Origin: Pseudogymnoascus verrucosus
Taxonomy: Eukaryota
Assembly (NCBI GenBank): GCA_001662655.1
Contig: KV460236.1
Strand: one strand, 5' to 3'
DNA length: 64,000 bases
Below the pieces are notes generated by a model, which worked only from the letters and a program-made list of their open reading frames with translations, ran no database searches and was not told the origin of the DNA. Of this stretch, positions 11,875 to 22,829 are shown piece after piece (position 1 is the stretch's first letter; every line of letters starts with the position of its first letter). The position numbers were made by a program, and so were the translations under genes.

Positions 11875-13050
11875 ATGGCGAAAACAAAGCCCCCGCAGTC
11901 GAAGGCCAACCGGGATTCCAAAAATATTTTGAACCGCACAATAGCCACTCCCAGCAAGGCTTCTTCACCGCCCGCATCTTCGTCGTCTCTCCTCGACCAG
12001 GCCACTTCTAAGCTTCTGGAAGGCGATATCGAGAGCGCTGTTCCATTAGCACAACGCGCCTTGGGCCTTGTTGATGTCGACTCCGTCGAGGCGCTTCCGG
12101 CGTTGAATTTACTGGGTGAAATCCACATTGAGCTCGGCGATATCGAGGCCGCGAGGGCCTATTTCACACAAGCTGTCGAAATCGACGAGGAGGGAGAGCT
12201 TGCTGAGGAGGTTGGAGGTGGGGCTGAGAAGTTCCTCTGGCTGGCGCAGCTGAGTGAAGAGGGAGGCCGGGACAGTGTCGAGTGGTTCGAGCAGGGCGCC
12301 AAGGTGTTGCGGGCTCAGATACAGAAGCTTGTCGAGACAGCGGATGCAAACAAAGCGGCAGAGGTGGAGGCTCTGGTTGCAGAGAAGAGGAGAAAGCTAG
12401 CAACTGCGCTATGCGGAGTTGTGGAGGTGTACATGACGGATTTGAGCTGGGAGGAAGATGCGGAACAGAGGTGTGAGGCACTTGTCACTGAAGCCACGCT
12501 TGTCGGACCAGGCTTCGCAGAGCCATGGCAGACGTTGGCTAGTGTTCGCATTTCACAGCAGAGACTCGAAGACGCCCAAGCTGCTTTAAAGCGCAGCATT
12601 GAAGTCTGGAAGGACGAGGATCCAGAGAGTGAACTGGTGCCAGACTTCCCAACGAGGGTGAGCTTGGCGAGATTGTTGATGGAAAGTGGGATGGAAGAGG
12701 AAGCAATTGAGGTATTGGAGAGACTGGTGGGAGAGGATGATAGCAGTGTTGAGGTATGGTACCTTGGTGGCTGGGGACTTTATATCTTGGGCGAGAAGGA
12801 GAAGGAGAAGGATGTTAGTGGAGAGGGACACAAGGTTTACTGGATCTCCAGTCGACAATGGCTGAATCACAGCTTAAAGCTGTTCCAACAACAAGATTAC
12901 GAGGATGTGCGCCTCGGAGAACACGCAAAGGAACTTATTTCCAATTTGGAGAAAGACCTCGGGGTACTGGCGGAAGGTGAAGAGGAGGAGGATGACGAGT
13001 CCGATAGTGGCGATGAAGATGAAGAAGATGAGGAGATGGGTGGCATTTGA
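11875..13050 (+). CDS. ACL4: TPR protein, assembly chaperone of Rpl4 (Acl4-like)
   Basis: TPR-like helices, EKFLWLAQL, VEVYMTDL, EPWQTLASVRISQQR, VEVWYLGGW, acidic tail. Confidence 0.85.
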   Translation: MAKTKPPQSKANRDSKNILNRTIATPSKASSPPASSSSLLDQATSKLLEGDIESAVPLAQRALGLVDVDSVEALPALNLLGEIHIELGDIEAARAYFTQAVEIDEEGELAEEVGGGAEKFLWLAQLSEEGGRDSVEWFEQGAKVLRAQIQKLVETADANKAAEVEALVAEKRRKLATALCGVVEVYMTDLSWEEDAEQRCEALVTEATLVGPGFAEPWQTLASVRISQQRLEDAQAALKRSIEVWKDEDPESELVPDFPTRVSLARLLMESGMEEEAIEVLERLVGEDDSSVEVWYLGGWGLYILGEKEKEKDVSGEGHKVYWISSRQWLNHSLKLFQQQDYEDVRLGEHAKELISNLEKDLGVLAEGEEEEDDESDSGDEDEEDEEMGGI

Positions 13051-13535
13051 TCAGTTTATCAGGATTGATACTGGCCAACATGTATAGAATTGAACCCGGG
13101 GAGCCTGCTAGGCTGAATATCAGTGTATGGGGCTCTCTAGAAAGCTATAAAAGTTTAGATCTAGCCGTGATTCGTTAGGATTATGAAATCACTGTTTCGG
13201 GTTTAATGCCAAGTGCATCGCCAAAAGAATCAAGAAAACTATGTAGTCAATAAACTACAAAATCCCACACCCGGAGATAGATCCGGAGATTCATTGCGAT
13301 TTGAGTTCATATACACAAGTTCATGTTGATACACTTGCCTATTCATTGTTGAAAAAGGGGAGCTGTCAGCTGCGTTTTGTGCTCATGATTGCAACTATAG
13401 ATACCTAACAGAGCCTATGGCCCTGATGGTCCGCGTATTTTCCGGCTCTACCCAAAACGCCTCCAATGCAACGCCTCATATATCATGGAGATCGGTTGTT
13501 CCGACCCAAGCAATAAAAACCTCGAACGTATCTCG

Positions 13536-14319
13536 TCAAACCTTGACCTTCTCCATAGCCGCTACAGCAGCATCCTCCAAATCGTCATCCTCATCCGCCT
13601 TACCAGCCATGCCGCTCTCCCAAAGCTGTCTTCCTGTAAGCTTAACTTCCGTTTCCTTCCCTCTGTTTCTCTTCTTCTCGGCAGCTTCCTCTACTTCACG
13701 CTCTGCTTGCTCGATATCGTCCATCTCTTTCCTGAAAGCGTCCCTCCACTTCGCAAACGTCTCGATATTCACCGGCGTTCCATGGAATTTCTTGTTCTCC
13801 TCGGCCTCGATAGCCATCACGCGCTTGACGTGCTCTTGCATCAGCACTGCTTGGCGCTCTTGTATTATCTGCTCAGCTTCATCCTTGACAGTCGAAACGA
13901 GGGTGAAAACCATGGCCATGCCCATGTTCTCCTCAATGGAATCATTCAGGGCATCGATCAACCGCTCTCTGTCCTCTTCGATGTCGAAAAGTTCGTGTGC
14001 TACCACATCATCTGGTGCGCAAATCTCGACAAGCGGGGCTTCATCTGGGTAGTTTTCCGGGTATTCGATCTTCAGGATGATGGTTGGAGGTTCGGCCTCA
14101 TTGCCGGCTTCGTTGGTGACATCGAGAAGGATTGATATCGTGTAAGATGTTTCCGAAATATCTGTGACGTCGCATTAGCAATGTGCTCTCATCTCTTCGC
14201 TCCGAAATTGTGTGTTCTAGGACGTTAGACAGAAAGGTAAGATGCTACATACCAGTTATTTCGTCCGGGAAAATAGAGTCCAGGACTTCCCGCTCCTCCA
14301 CTTGATCTTCGCGACCCAT
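13536..14319 (-). CDS. GIR2: RWD-domain protein (Gir2/RWDD1-like)
   Basis: Intron 14162-14252; EEREVLDSIFPDE, YPENYPDEAP, KFHGTPV, KLTGRQLWE. Confidence 0.88.
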
Positions 14320-14655
14320 TGTAAGAGGATTTGCCTTGTGAGACAGGCTTATTGACGTAGAAGTATGAGAATCATTGGTGATAGTGGGGGGTTGACAATC
14401 GACGAATCACGTGGAAAACTTCCACAGCCTCGCCAGGACAACGCGAGTACTATAGAAGACTAGTGGGAGTAGTACCCCTGCAAAAAAAGCCTCGCGATTG
14501 AAGGTAAGAAAAAGTTCTTGATAAGATTGTGGCAGAACAGTTACAACGTGAACGTTGCGACTCGACCGGGTTGCTTGTATTCTTAATTTGGACAGTTAAT
14601 TCCACAGCCGCGACAATCATAGCATATTGCTAACGGAATTTTATCTCTGTTCGCC

Positions 14656-16967
14656 ATGGCTGCCCCGGCAACAACCAAGAAAAGCAGTACTTCGGGCATC
14701 AAGCGGAAGGCTGAGCCGTCGAAGGAAGCACACGTTAAGGGAACCAAAAAATCAAAGGTAGAGGCAGAATCTACGAAACCTGAGAAGAAGAAGTCCTCCA
14801 AGAAAGAGGATAAACCAGAGAAGAAATCAAAGGAAGATAAGCCAGAGAAGAAGTCAAAGAAGCCAAAGATGGTGGAGTCTAACGATGAGGACTCTGATGA
14901 CATGGATGTCGATGGCGGTGTGCCATTGAACGGAGCCGAGGAAGAAGATACTCCAATGGAAGAGGCAAATGATGGAATACACCCTGAGAGAAGGCAGTTT
15001 GCTGCTGGCCAGGGACCCAATGGTATGTATACCGTTATGATCAACATTTCTCATCTAATTCGTTTATAGGTACCAACTCCAGAGAGGCACACGCAAAGCA
15101 GAAGGCGACAATTGCAGAGAGAAAGGCAGCTAAGCCGCTCGCCGACCCTCTTTTACGAACAAAGAAGATTTGGGAGAGACTTAGAAGGAAGTCTCATGTT
15201 CCAAAGGAGGAGAGAAAGCAGCTTGTCGAGGAGCTGTTCCAGATTATTACCGGCAAGGTCAAGGACTTCGTCCTGAAGCATGACTCTGTACGTGTGATCC
15301 AGACTGCCATCAAATACTCTACACCTGAGCAGAAGAGAATGATCGCAAAGGAGCTGAAGGGAACATACCGCCAACTCGCAGAGTCGAAATATGCCAAGTT
15401 CCTCATCGGAAAGCTGCTTATTCAAGGAGACGACGAGATCAGAGATCTGATTGTCCCAGAATTCTTCGGCCATGTGCGCAAGATGATCAAGCACGCCGAG
15501 GCTTCTTGGATTTTGGACGATGTTTACCGTGGGGTTGCCAACAGGCAACAGAAGGCTACAATTATCAGGGAGTGGTATGGTGCGGAGTTCTCTCTGTTCC
15601 GCGACGGCGAGAAGGTTTCCGGCGACCTCGCAGATGTGCTCGAGAAGGAGCCTGGAAAGCGTGCTCCTATCATGCGCGAGCTGAAGGAGTTGATCAACCA
15701 TCTCGTCCAAAAGAAAATGACTGGTTTCACGTTATTACACGATGCGATGCTTCAGTACTACTTGAACGTTAAGACCGGCACCGAAGAAGAGACTGAGTTC
15801 ATGGAGCTGCTAAAGAGTGACGAGGAGAGTGATCTTCTGAAGAACTTGGCATTCACAACTTCTGGAGCTCGCGTAGTCTGCCTTGCGTTCGCACATGGTG
15901 TTGCCAAGGATAGAAAGCACATCTTAAAGGCCTACAAAGATACCATTCATCTTATGGCAGGCGACCCAAATGGCCACAAGATTATTCTCGCAGCTTATGA
16001 GACAGTCGATGATACTGTTCTCACTGCCAAATCGATATTCCCAGAACTTCTCACCAAGGATGCCGACAAACAAGCTGAGATGGTTGTCACTGCCGCCAAC
16101 GACTTAAATGCTCGCACGACCTTACTCTACCTTTTCCAAGGCCGTTCAAGCTCTCTCTTCCCCGCCAGCCTCGCCGCCGACATCGAAGTCCTCAACGAGG
16201 TTGACGTCGCTCGCGCCACTACTTCTAAGAAAGACCCCGAAATCAGGCGCGCTGAACTCGCGAAGGCACTCTCACCTCTTCTTCTCAATGCCATTGCTTC
16301 CGCCGCTGTCGAACTCGCCACTACTTCCTTCGGCTGCCAGTTCATCACCGAGGTTCTCTTCGCATCTGTGGGCGATAAGACTGCTGCCTTGGAGGCTGTC
16401 GCATCTGTAGCTGGAGGAGACCCAACGGCTGTTGTTGTTGAGGCAGATGCCATGGATGTGGATACTGCTGCTCCGGCTGAGGACGCAATGGAAGTTGATA
16501 TTCCGTTTAACGATCACTCGGGTGGCCCAAGCTTGCACATTGCAAATACCGCATTCGGCGGCAAGATGCTACGCTCCCTCATCGCTGGTGGTCGCTTTGA
16601 CAACAAGTTGAAGAAGATTATCCCAGTGTCGCCACCTCTTAACTTCGCAGACATACTTTACCCTGTGATTGAGGAACACATCATTGAGTGGGCTACTGGC
16701 TCGAGCTCTTTCGTTGTTCTTTCTCTGTTAGAAACCGAGAACTTCTCCTCGAAAGCGGAGGTGTTGGAGAAGCTGAAGAAGGGAAAGAAGGCCTTGCAGA
16801 AGGCAGCTACCGAGGAGACGGCAGAGCAGAAGGCGAAGGCAGCGGAGATCGCAGGAGCTGGAAAGGAGAATGGTGATGTCAAGGCAAAGAAGGGAAAGAA
16901 GAAGGCTGCACCCACCCAGAAAGCAGTTGGGAATGCGGGTTCGAGGATGCTGTTATCCATGCTGTGA
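14656..16967 (+). CDS. PUF6: Pumilio-family ribosome biogenesis protein Puf6
   Basis: Intron 15023-15069; K/E-rich N-terminus, KHDSVRVIQTAIKY, CPL-like TSKKDPEIRRAEL. Confidence 0.92.
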
Positions 16968-17340
16968 ACGTATTATAGAAAAATGTATGGAGTTATTAAG
17001 GATATTAAGGATACCCGAGTATCATGATTTGTTTCATTCATCTGACTGGACTTGAGCTACCAATTTCCTCCACCTGAATTCATAATTTATAAATTCATAA
17101 CTCATAATTCAATAGCACAAAAATCACGTGCCATCGAGAGTTTTGGTGGCGAAGTTGTGAAGTGTGGCTGAGGGACCCACCCTATTGACCGCTAGCGCCT
17201 GGCATGACTATATAATGTGGCTGAAATCCTGTCCTTTTGATAGCTCTTTATAAACTCCAACCAAATCATAAGCCGATTCTCCTCAATATCACGCTCTTCC
17301 TCAAACATACAACTTCAGCTGAAGAACAAAACCGACCAAA

Positions 17341-17538
17341 ATGCCAATTGCAGACAACAGATCCTCGGCGCCGAAGGCAGAGCAGCCAAGCCAAGGAAAT
17401 AACACCACAACGACCCAAGGGCAGCCTGGGACTACTTCAAACAAGACCGAGGCAGAGAAAGCTGCAGAAGACAAGGCATCGAAAGAGTACTTGGAACGGA
17501 TGGAGCTGGAGTATGAGAAAAGAGAAGGTGGAGCTTAA
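17341..17538 (+). CDS. Small 65-aa hydrophilic protein ending YEKREGGA
   Basis: TATA-like TATAA at 17211 and 17249, good ATG context (AAAATG); C-terminus EYLERMELEYEKREGGA resembles a small conserved ascomycete family (from recall, not searched). Confidence 0.7.
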   Translation: MPIADNRSSAPKAEQPSQGNNTTTTQGQPGTTSNKTEAEKAAEDKASKEYLERMELEYEKREGGA

Positions 17539-17949
17539 ATGTGTTATCTTCTATCAGACCAAGGCGAAGGGACACAGGCAGGGAATACTAGACACTCTCC
17601 AATAATATCTACTGTAATTAATTTAAGATGTAATGACCTATAAATTCACATGTTCACCTGACATTGTAATTCTCACGCATCACTGTTGCTGGCTTCCTTA
17701 TAACCCACCGATAACTTCTCACAAGAGTCACAAAGTGGAAATTGAGGGGGGGAAAGGCTGACGAAGCCGTCTATGACGTAGCTGTCGATCTTCAGCCTTG
17801 CCATAATTTTGGATATAATCGCATCATAGATAGCCACTCCTCCATGTCCAGAACCAGAGATAAACTATTATCTCTGTGCTCCTCAGTATTTATTCGGCTG
17901 CGATTTAAACAGCACCCTTAGTTATTTTTTAATACCACTTTTTATAACG

Positions 17950-19569
17950 ATGAAATCCATCATCGACCATGCGAAAAGGCGCATCTCAAACGTCACGGAC
18001 TCCAACCCTGCCCCCTCCCAATCTCCTCAAGCTACTACCACCAGTACTCCCCATGCTTCATCTATTCGTCCCGTAACTCGCCAAGATATTTTCCGTTACC
18101 GATACCATCACGGAACCAACCTTGGCTCCATATTCGTCCTGGAACGCTGGCTTTTCCCGTCCCTGTTCTCCGCTCCAGGAGACTCAGAGCTTGCTGCCGT
18201 AACATCCTCTCTGTCCGAAATCGGACTTGATAAAACCAAAGAACGCTGGGAAAATCATTGGAACTCAGCGTTGTCAGACGATGATATCCGGTTTCTTGTC
18301 CACGAGGCGAGGTGCACCAGCATTCGCCTTCCCATTGGGTATTTCACCCTCGGTCCTGCATTTTGCCAGGAGACGCCGTTTGAGGCCGCCGCGGATGTAT
18401 ACGTCTCTGCATGGGCGGCTGTGTGCAAACTCGTACGAAGAGTAAACGATGCTGGCATAGGAGTTCTCCTCGATCTCCACGCGCTCCCTGGGGGGGCAAA
18501 TAAAGATATGCACTCAGGGACCGATAGTGGGAAAGCTGAGCTCTGGGACCATTGGAACACAGGGAAGAAGAACCGAGAAATGGCCAAGAAAGTGGTATTG
18601 CAAGTCGTCAGCCAAGCTGGGAACATGGAAGGTATTGTAGGAGTGCAGATCGTCAACGAGGCCGCTGCAGGCGCACATAAGTTGCATGAATGGTACGACG
18701 ACGTATTGAGGGAGATACTGGACATTGATCCGACGATGCCGATTTATGTGAGCGATGCGTGGGACTTGGAGAGTTCACTGAGATGGGTTGAAAACAAAAA
18801 GCATCGGGGTGGAAACCCGGTCGTCGTGGACACGCACAAGTACTACACCTTCAGCGAAGCCGATCGCGCAAAGGCACCGCAGCATATTATCTCGCAAGTG
18901 CCCCATGAGCTAGGAGAGATGGACAAATATGTTGGTAGCGTCCATGATCGAGGGGCAGCGCAAATAATTATTGGGGAGTACAGTTGCGTACTAGACGGCA
19001 GGACTTGGTCTCGATCTGACCCATCTCAGAAAGACGAACTCGTTCGTCAATTTGGGAATGTTCAGAGTGAAAGATGGCGAGAGAAATCCGGAGGCACTTA
19101 TTTTTGGACTGCAAAGATGGAGTGGATGGACGGCGGCGAATGGGGTTTCTTCGAGCAGGTTAAAAAGCGCACGATTGTAGCGCCTCCGTGGCTGTTCTTG
19201 AATCCGAGTGACGTACAGCACCGTGCGGACGAGGCAACGAGATCCAAAGAATTTACCTTTAGTCGAGCATTGGGGAGCCATGTTGAGTATTGGAGTCAAA
19301 CAGCGCCTGGCAAGAAGTTTGAACATCACTGGTACGGTGATGGGTGGGATGTAGGTTGGGAGGATGCAAAGTGCTTCTGGTTTGCGAGGGCTGACGGCCA
19401 CATGGGAGAGGTTGCGAGTAGTTCTGGCGGCGCAGAGAAGATTGGGTGCTTGGAAATATGGGTTCAAAAACGTCTCCGGGAAAGTGGGAAGGAAGGGGGA
19501 TCAGTATGGGAGTGGGAACATGGGTTTCGGGCTGGAGTCAAAGCATTCGAAGGGATGGTCGGGGTCTGA
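17950..19569 (+). CDS. Glycoside hydrolase family 5 (glucan 1,3-beta-glucosidase-like), no signal peptide
   Basis: GTNLGSIFVLERWL, IRLPIGYF, LLDLHALPGGAN, acid/base NE (IVNEA), DTHKYY, nucleophile IIGEYS. Confidence 0.9.
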   Translation: MKSIIDHAKRRISNVTDSNPAPSQSPQATTTSTPHASSIRPVTRQDIFRYRYHHGTNLGSIFVLERWLFPSLFSAPGDSELAAVTSSLSEIGLDKTKERWENHWNSALSDDDIRFLVHEARCTSIRLPIGYFTLGPAFCQETPFEAAADVYVSAWAAVCKLVRRVNDAGIGVLLDLHALPGGANKDMHSGTDSGKAELWDHWNTGKKNREMAKKVVLQVVSQAGNMEGIVGVQIVNEAAAGAHKLHEWYDDVLREILDIDPTMPIYVSDAWDLESSLRWVENKKHRGGNPVVVDTHKYYTFSEADRAKAPQHIISQVPHELGEMDKYVGSVHDRGAAQIIIGEYSCVLDGRTWSRSDPSQKDELVRQFGNVQSERWREKSGGTYFWTAKMEWMDGGEWGFFEQVKKRTIVAPPWLFLNPSDVQHRADEATRSKEFTFSRALGSHVEYWSQTAPGKKFEHHWYGDGWDVGWEDAKCFWFARADGHMGEVASSSGGAEKIGCLEIWVQKRLRESGKEGGSVWEWEHGFRAGVKAFEGMVGV

Positions 19570-19933
19570 AGTCAATATACTCATGCCCGAGACACCCACC
19601 GCTCAAGGCAAATGCTAATGAGCCTAGGGGTCTTTGGAAATGCATATAAAACCTTTGGGTATTGATAAGAACTGATGTTCTCCTAGTGAACTTGTTCTAA
19701 CGGTGTTTCCCTAATGCTCCCTTGATTATGGAGCCTGTCGTCTCGAGGTAGGATATGGGTCCAAGTCGGTATTATAATGCTGTGTCGCCAGGCATTTAGA
19801 TAGGCGTAGCCCGTTCATTGACCGTCGTCCTTAATATTTGGCGCAGCTGCTTCCGTTCCCATTACCCATTACCGTTTGCGTATAGTTCAAATCGTCAACG
19901 CCATCCATTGCGTTGTACCATGCTCTTTGGAGA

Positions 19934-20689
19934 TCATAGATACAAGCTTCCATCATCTTCAGTGGTCAGCCTCTCTTCCAATCTCCTCCTAAGCTCCTCG
20001 TCTGACAACGTGCCCCCTCGACCTGTATTTGCGCCACCTGCACCCTCCGCACCATTCGCGCCATTTGTTCCATTCGTGGCTGTACCAGTCGTGTTGTTTC
20101 CCGCGCTTTGTATAGCTCCTTGCACACTGGTGATGTCGTCGTCCATTGCCAGAACACCATTGGTAATCCGACCTGTTTGAAACGTACCATCCGTCCATGC
20201 CGAGTGTGCCCTAGTAGAATCATTACTCACACGCTCCGTGGAACCGCTCTCACGTCTTGCAAGCATCCCTTGCAGGGTCCTCAATTCTTCGCTTTCCCGC
20301 GCTGTTAATTCCTCCGGCGAAGAGCCCGTCGCAGCTGCCCGTCCAGCTCCAGATTCTCCATTCTCTCCGCCCAACAGGTCAATCTCGTCTTCTCCGACAA
20401 ACTCTCCCCATCCCAGGCCCCTTTTCTCCGCTTCCTGTCGTAGCAGCGCCAACCGCTCCCTGATACGTTCCATCACGATGGCATTTTCCGCGATTGCTTC
20501 GACGCATACGATATCCGGCTCCTGACCTGTTGGTGGACGTGCATAGGGCTCCAGCTGTGCGTTTGAGTATTCGAGGTGGGCGAGGGAGTTGCGCAGCTCT
20601 GCTGCCTTGAGGTGGAGGGTTGAGAGTGGAAGTGCTTCAAGTGCCGCCGCAAACGCTGCGGTGCCGATGGGAAGTGCGTCAGACGACAT
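19934..20689 (-). CDS. Hypothetical fungal protein with N-terminal coiled coil
   Basis: 251-aa intronless ORF; LHLKAAELRNSLAHLEYSNAQL, EAIAENAIVMERIRER; ends DDGSLYL. Confidence 0.75.
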   Translation of the reverse strand: MSSDALPIGTAAFAAALEALPLSTLHLKAAELRNSLAHLEYSNAQLEPYARPPTGQEPDIVCVEAIAENAIVMERIRERLALLRQEAEKRGLGWGEFVGEDEIDLLGGENGESGAGRAAATGSSPEELTARESEELRTLQGMLARRESGSTERVSNDSTRAHSAWTDGTFQTGRITNGVLAMDDDITSVQGAIQSAGNNTTGTATNGTNGANGAEGAGGANTGRGGTLSDEELRRRLEERLTTEDDGSLYL

Positions 20690-21226
20690 GGCGAGAAGTA
20701 TCGAGTAGGACGGTTAAGAAAAGATTTGACTCTATAGGTCCGTAAGGTGGTGAAGGTATGGTGGGTCGATCCTGCGAAGCTCTGCAGTGGAGGAGCTGTA
20801 TGAGGTTGGTAATTGTTTACTTGGATAGTGTGGGGGTTGATGTGTGGTGTTCTAGAGCTACGTCGTTCGGTTCGGTATCAATAAGCTTCAGCCACAAGTG
20901 CCGAATACAGCAATCGCTACCAATCTATCGTCCCTTGCAAAGGCACTTTCACGCATTAAATATTAGGCTATATTGCTTCTGACCGAGGATTTATAATTAG
21001 GTCCCAAAATCTCCAAAATCTCCACAATCTCAGGCGATTTTCAGACTATGCTCCATATGGGGCGGGGTTTGGTGCGGAGGTATCTCAGTCCTTAGCGGCA
21101 TGTTAGACAAAGTGGGGGTTATGGCGGGGTATAAAGAGGTGTAACCCTTTGGTTTACTGACATTGCTGACACCCGATGATTACCGGAAATAAACCCATCA
21201 ATATCAATAGCAACTAAACCGAAACC

Positions 21227-22159
21227 ATGGCGATGATACAGGCAAACAGACTGAAGAAGGTCTTGGACAACGGAGATAAGGCCTGGGGCATCTGGCAGAC
21301 CATTCCAGGAACCAATGTCTCGAGGGCTTGTGCGAATAGCGGAGTAGACTGGGTTCTTGTTGACTGTGAGCATGGTAACATCGCTGGTATGGCACAATTC
21401 TCATCACTTATACTGCATTTATAAGGCTAAACAATGATATCTGCAGATGCTGCTATGCATGAGTCTGTTGCAGCCATTGCCGCAACTGGCGTGAGTCCGA
21501 TTGTCAGGATACCTGACAACCAGGGCTGGCTTGTAAAGCGTGAGTGGGATTGAACAAGTCTCTTTGATAGCAAATATTAAAATTGTCTAGGTGCGCTGGA
21601 CTGTGGAGCCCACGGAGTACTAGTCCCTCTTTTGAACACAGTTGAGGATGCTGAGAGACTCGTCAAATCTGCCAAGTTCCCACCTCAAGGTATCAGAGGC
21701 TTTGGCTCTCCATTCTCCCAGGGAGCCTTTTCTGCAACGATGACAGCTGGGGAGTATCTTGTCCAGGCCAACTCCTCTCTCCTCACAGTCGTCCAAATCG
21801 AGACTGCCGAGGCCCTGGCAAACGTTGACGGGATCGCGGCAGTTCCGGGCGTGGATGTCCTCTTCGTGGGGCCATTCGACCTTGGCAATGCACTGGGTTA
21901 TCCGATTACGGGCCCAACAATGCACCCGGAGCTGGAGGCTGCTATTGCAAAGGTTCTTGCTGCTGCGCAAAAGGCGGGTAAAAAATCGGGAATTTACACC
22001 CCAAGCGGTGAACAGGCGAATAAGATGGCAGCGCTGGGCTTTGACATGGTCAATGTCACGGCAGACGCGATTGCGCTGGCGGTGTTTTTGGGTTCAGAAG
22101 TAGCCAAGGCTAAAGGTGGCCAGTCAACTGAGAAGATGACCGGACCATATGGAAAATAG
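21227..22159 (+). CDS. HpcH/HpaI aldolase-family protein
   Basis: Two introns; DWVLVDCEHG, ALDCGAHG, KFPPQGIRGFG, VQIET, VLFVGPFDL. Confidence 0.92.
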
Positions 22160-22188
22160 ACGATATAGTCGAATAGAATATGTATTCC

Positions 22189-22557
22189 TTAAGGCGGGGC
22201 CTCCGCGTCGTTCATCTTCTTTTGGACTTCTTCGGCAGTGAATCGGTGCATAAGCTTTTTTGCTTTTCCAGATAGCTCAGGGTCTTCCTCAGGGGACGAC
22301 GCGTTGGTGACGTGGATCTGACTAAAATTAGCTATTGAATTGATCGATATTGAAATCCTAACCACTGGGGTGTCAAATTCATATAGGTTCCTCCATACTG
22401 TCTGATCTGGCTTCATGACATTGATCTCTCTGTATACAAATGGCCGGACATCCCACACGTCCGAGAGAGTTTGTTTCGCATCGGTGCAAAGCTTACAACC
22501 GTCTCGCGTGAAGAAAGTTATACGACAGGCTTGGAAAAGCCGTGTAGCTGCACGCAT
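22189..22557 (-). CDS. Glutaredoxin-like protein (DUF836 type)
   Basis: ITFFTRDGCKLC (CxxC), YEFDTPV, KLMHRF; probable 45-nt intron 22318-22362. Confidence 0.82.
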   Translation of the reverse strand: MRAATRLFQACRITFFTRDGCKLCTDAKQTLSDVWDVRPFVYREINVMKPDQTVWRNLYEFDTPVVRISISINSIANFSQIHVTNASSPEEDPELSGKAKKLMHRFTAEEVQKKMNDAEAPP

Positions 22558-22829
22558 CTTGAGTGAACAATGCGAGAAGTCTGAATGGTGGTAATGTAAG
22601 GTTCATAGCTTTGTTTGAGGAAGCATGTGCTTATCGTGGATACCTCTCGGAGCTACGTAATAATTATCCGGGTATACACCCACATGCCAACCCAACCACA
22701 ACGATTATGGCTTGCCCACTCTTCTGAGCTTAACTCGATAGAACATTCCGCATGGCTGCCAATTTGCTGCGTAGACCAAAGTCTCTACTTGCTTTTTGAT
22801 TGAACGATGAGGGGTGCGTCTAAGGACAA

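Noticed and set aside
14217..14252. Second branch/acceptor (CTAAC..CTAG) inside the GIR2 intron
   Set aside because: Would give a 36-nt intron, shorter than any other here, and a frameshift; its removal does not create a new donor
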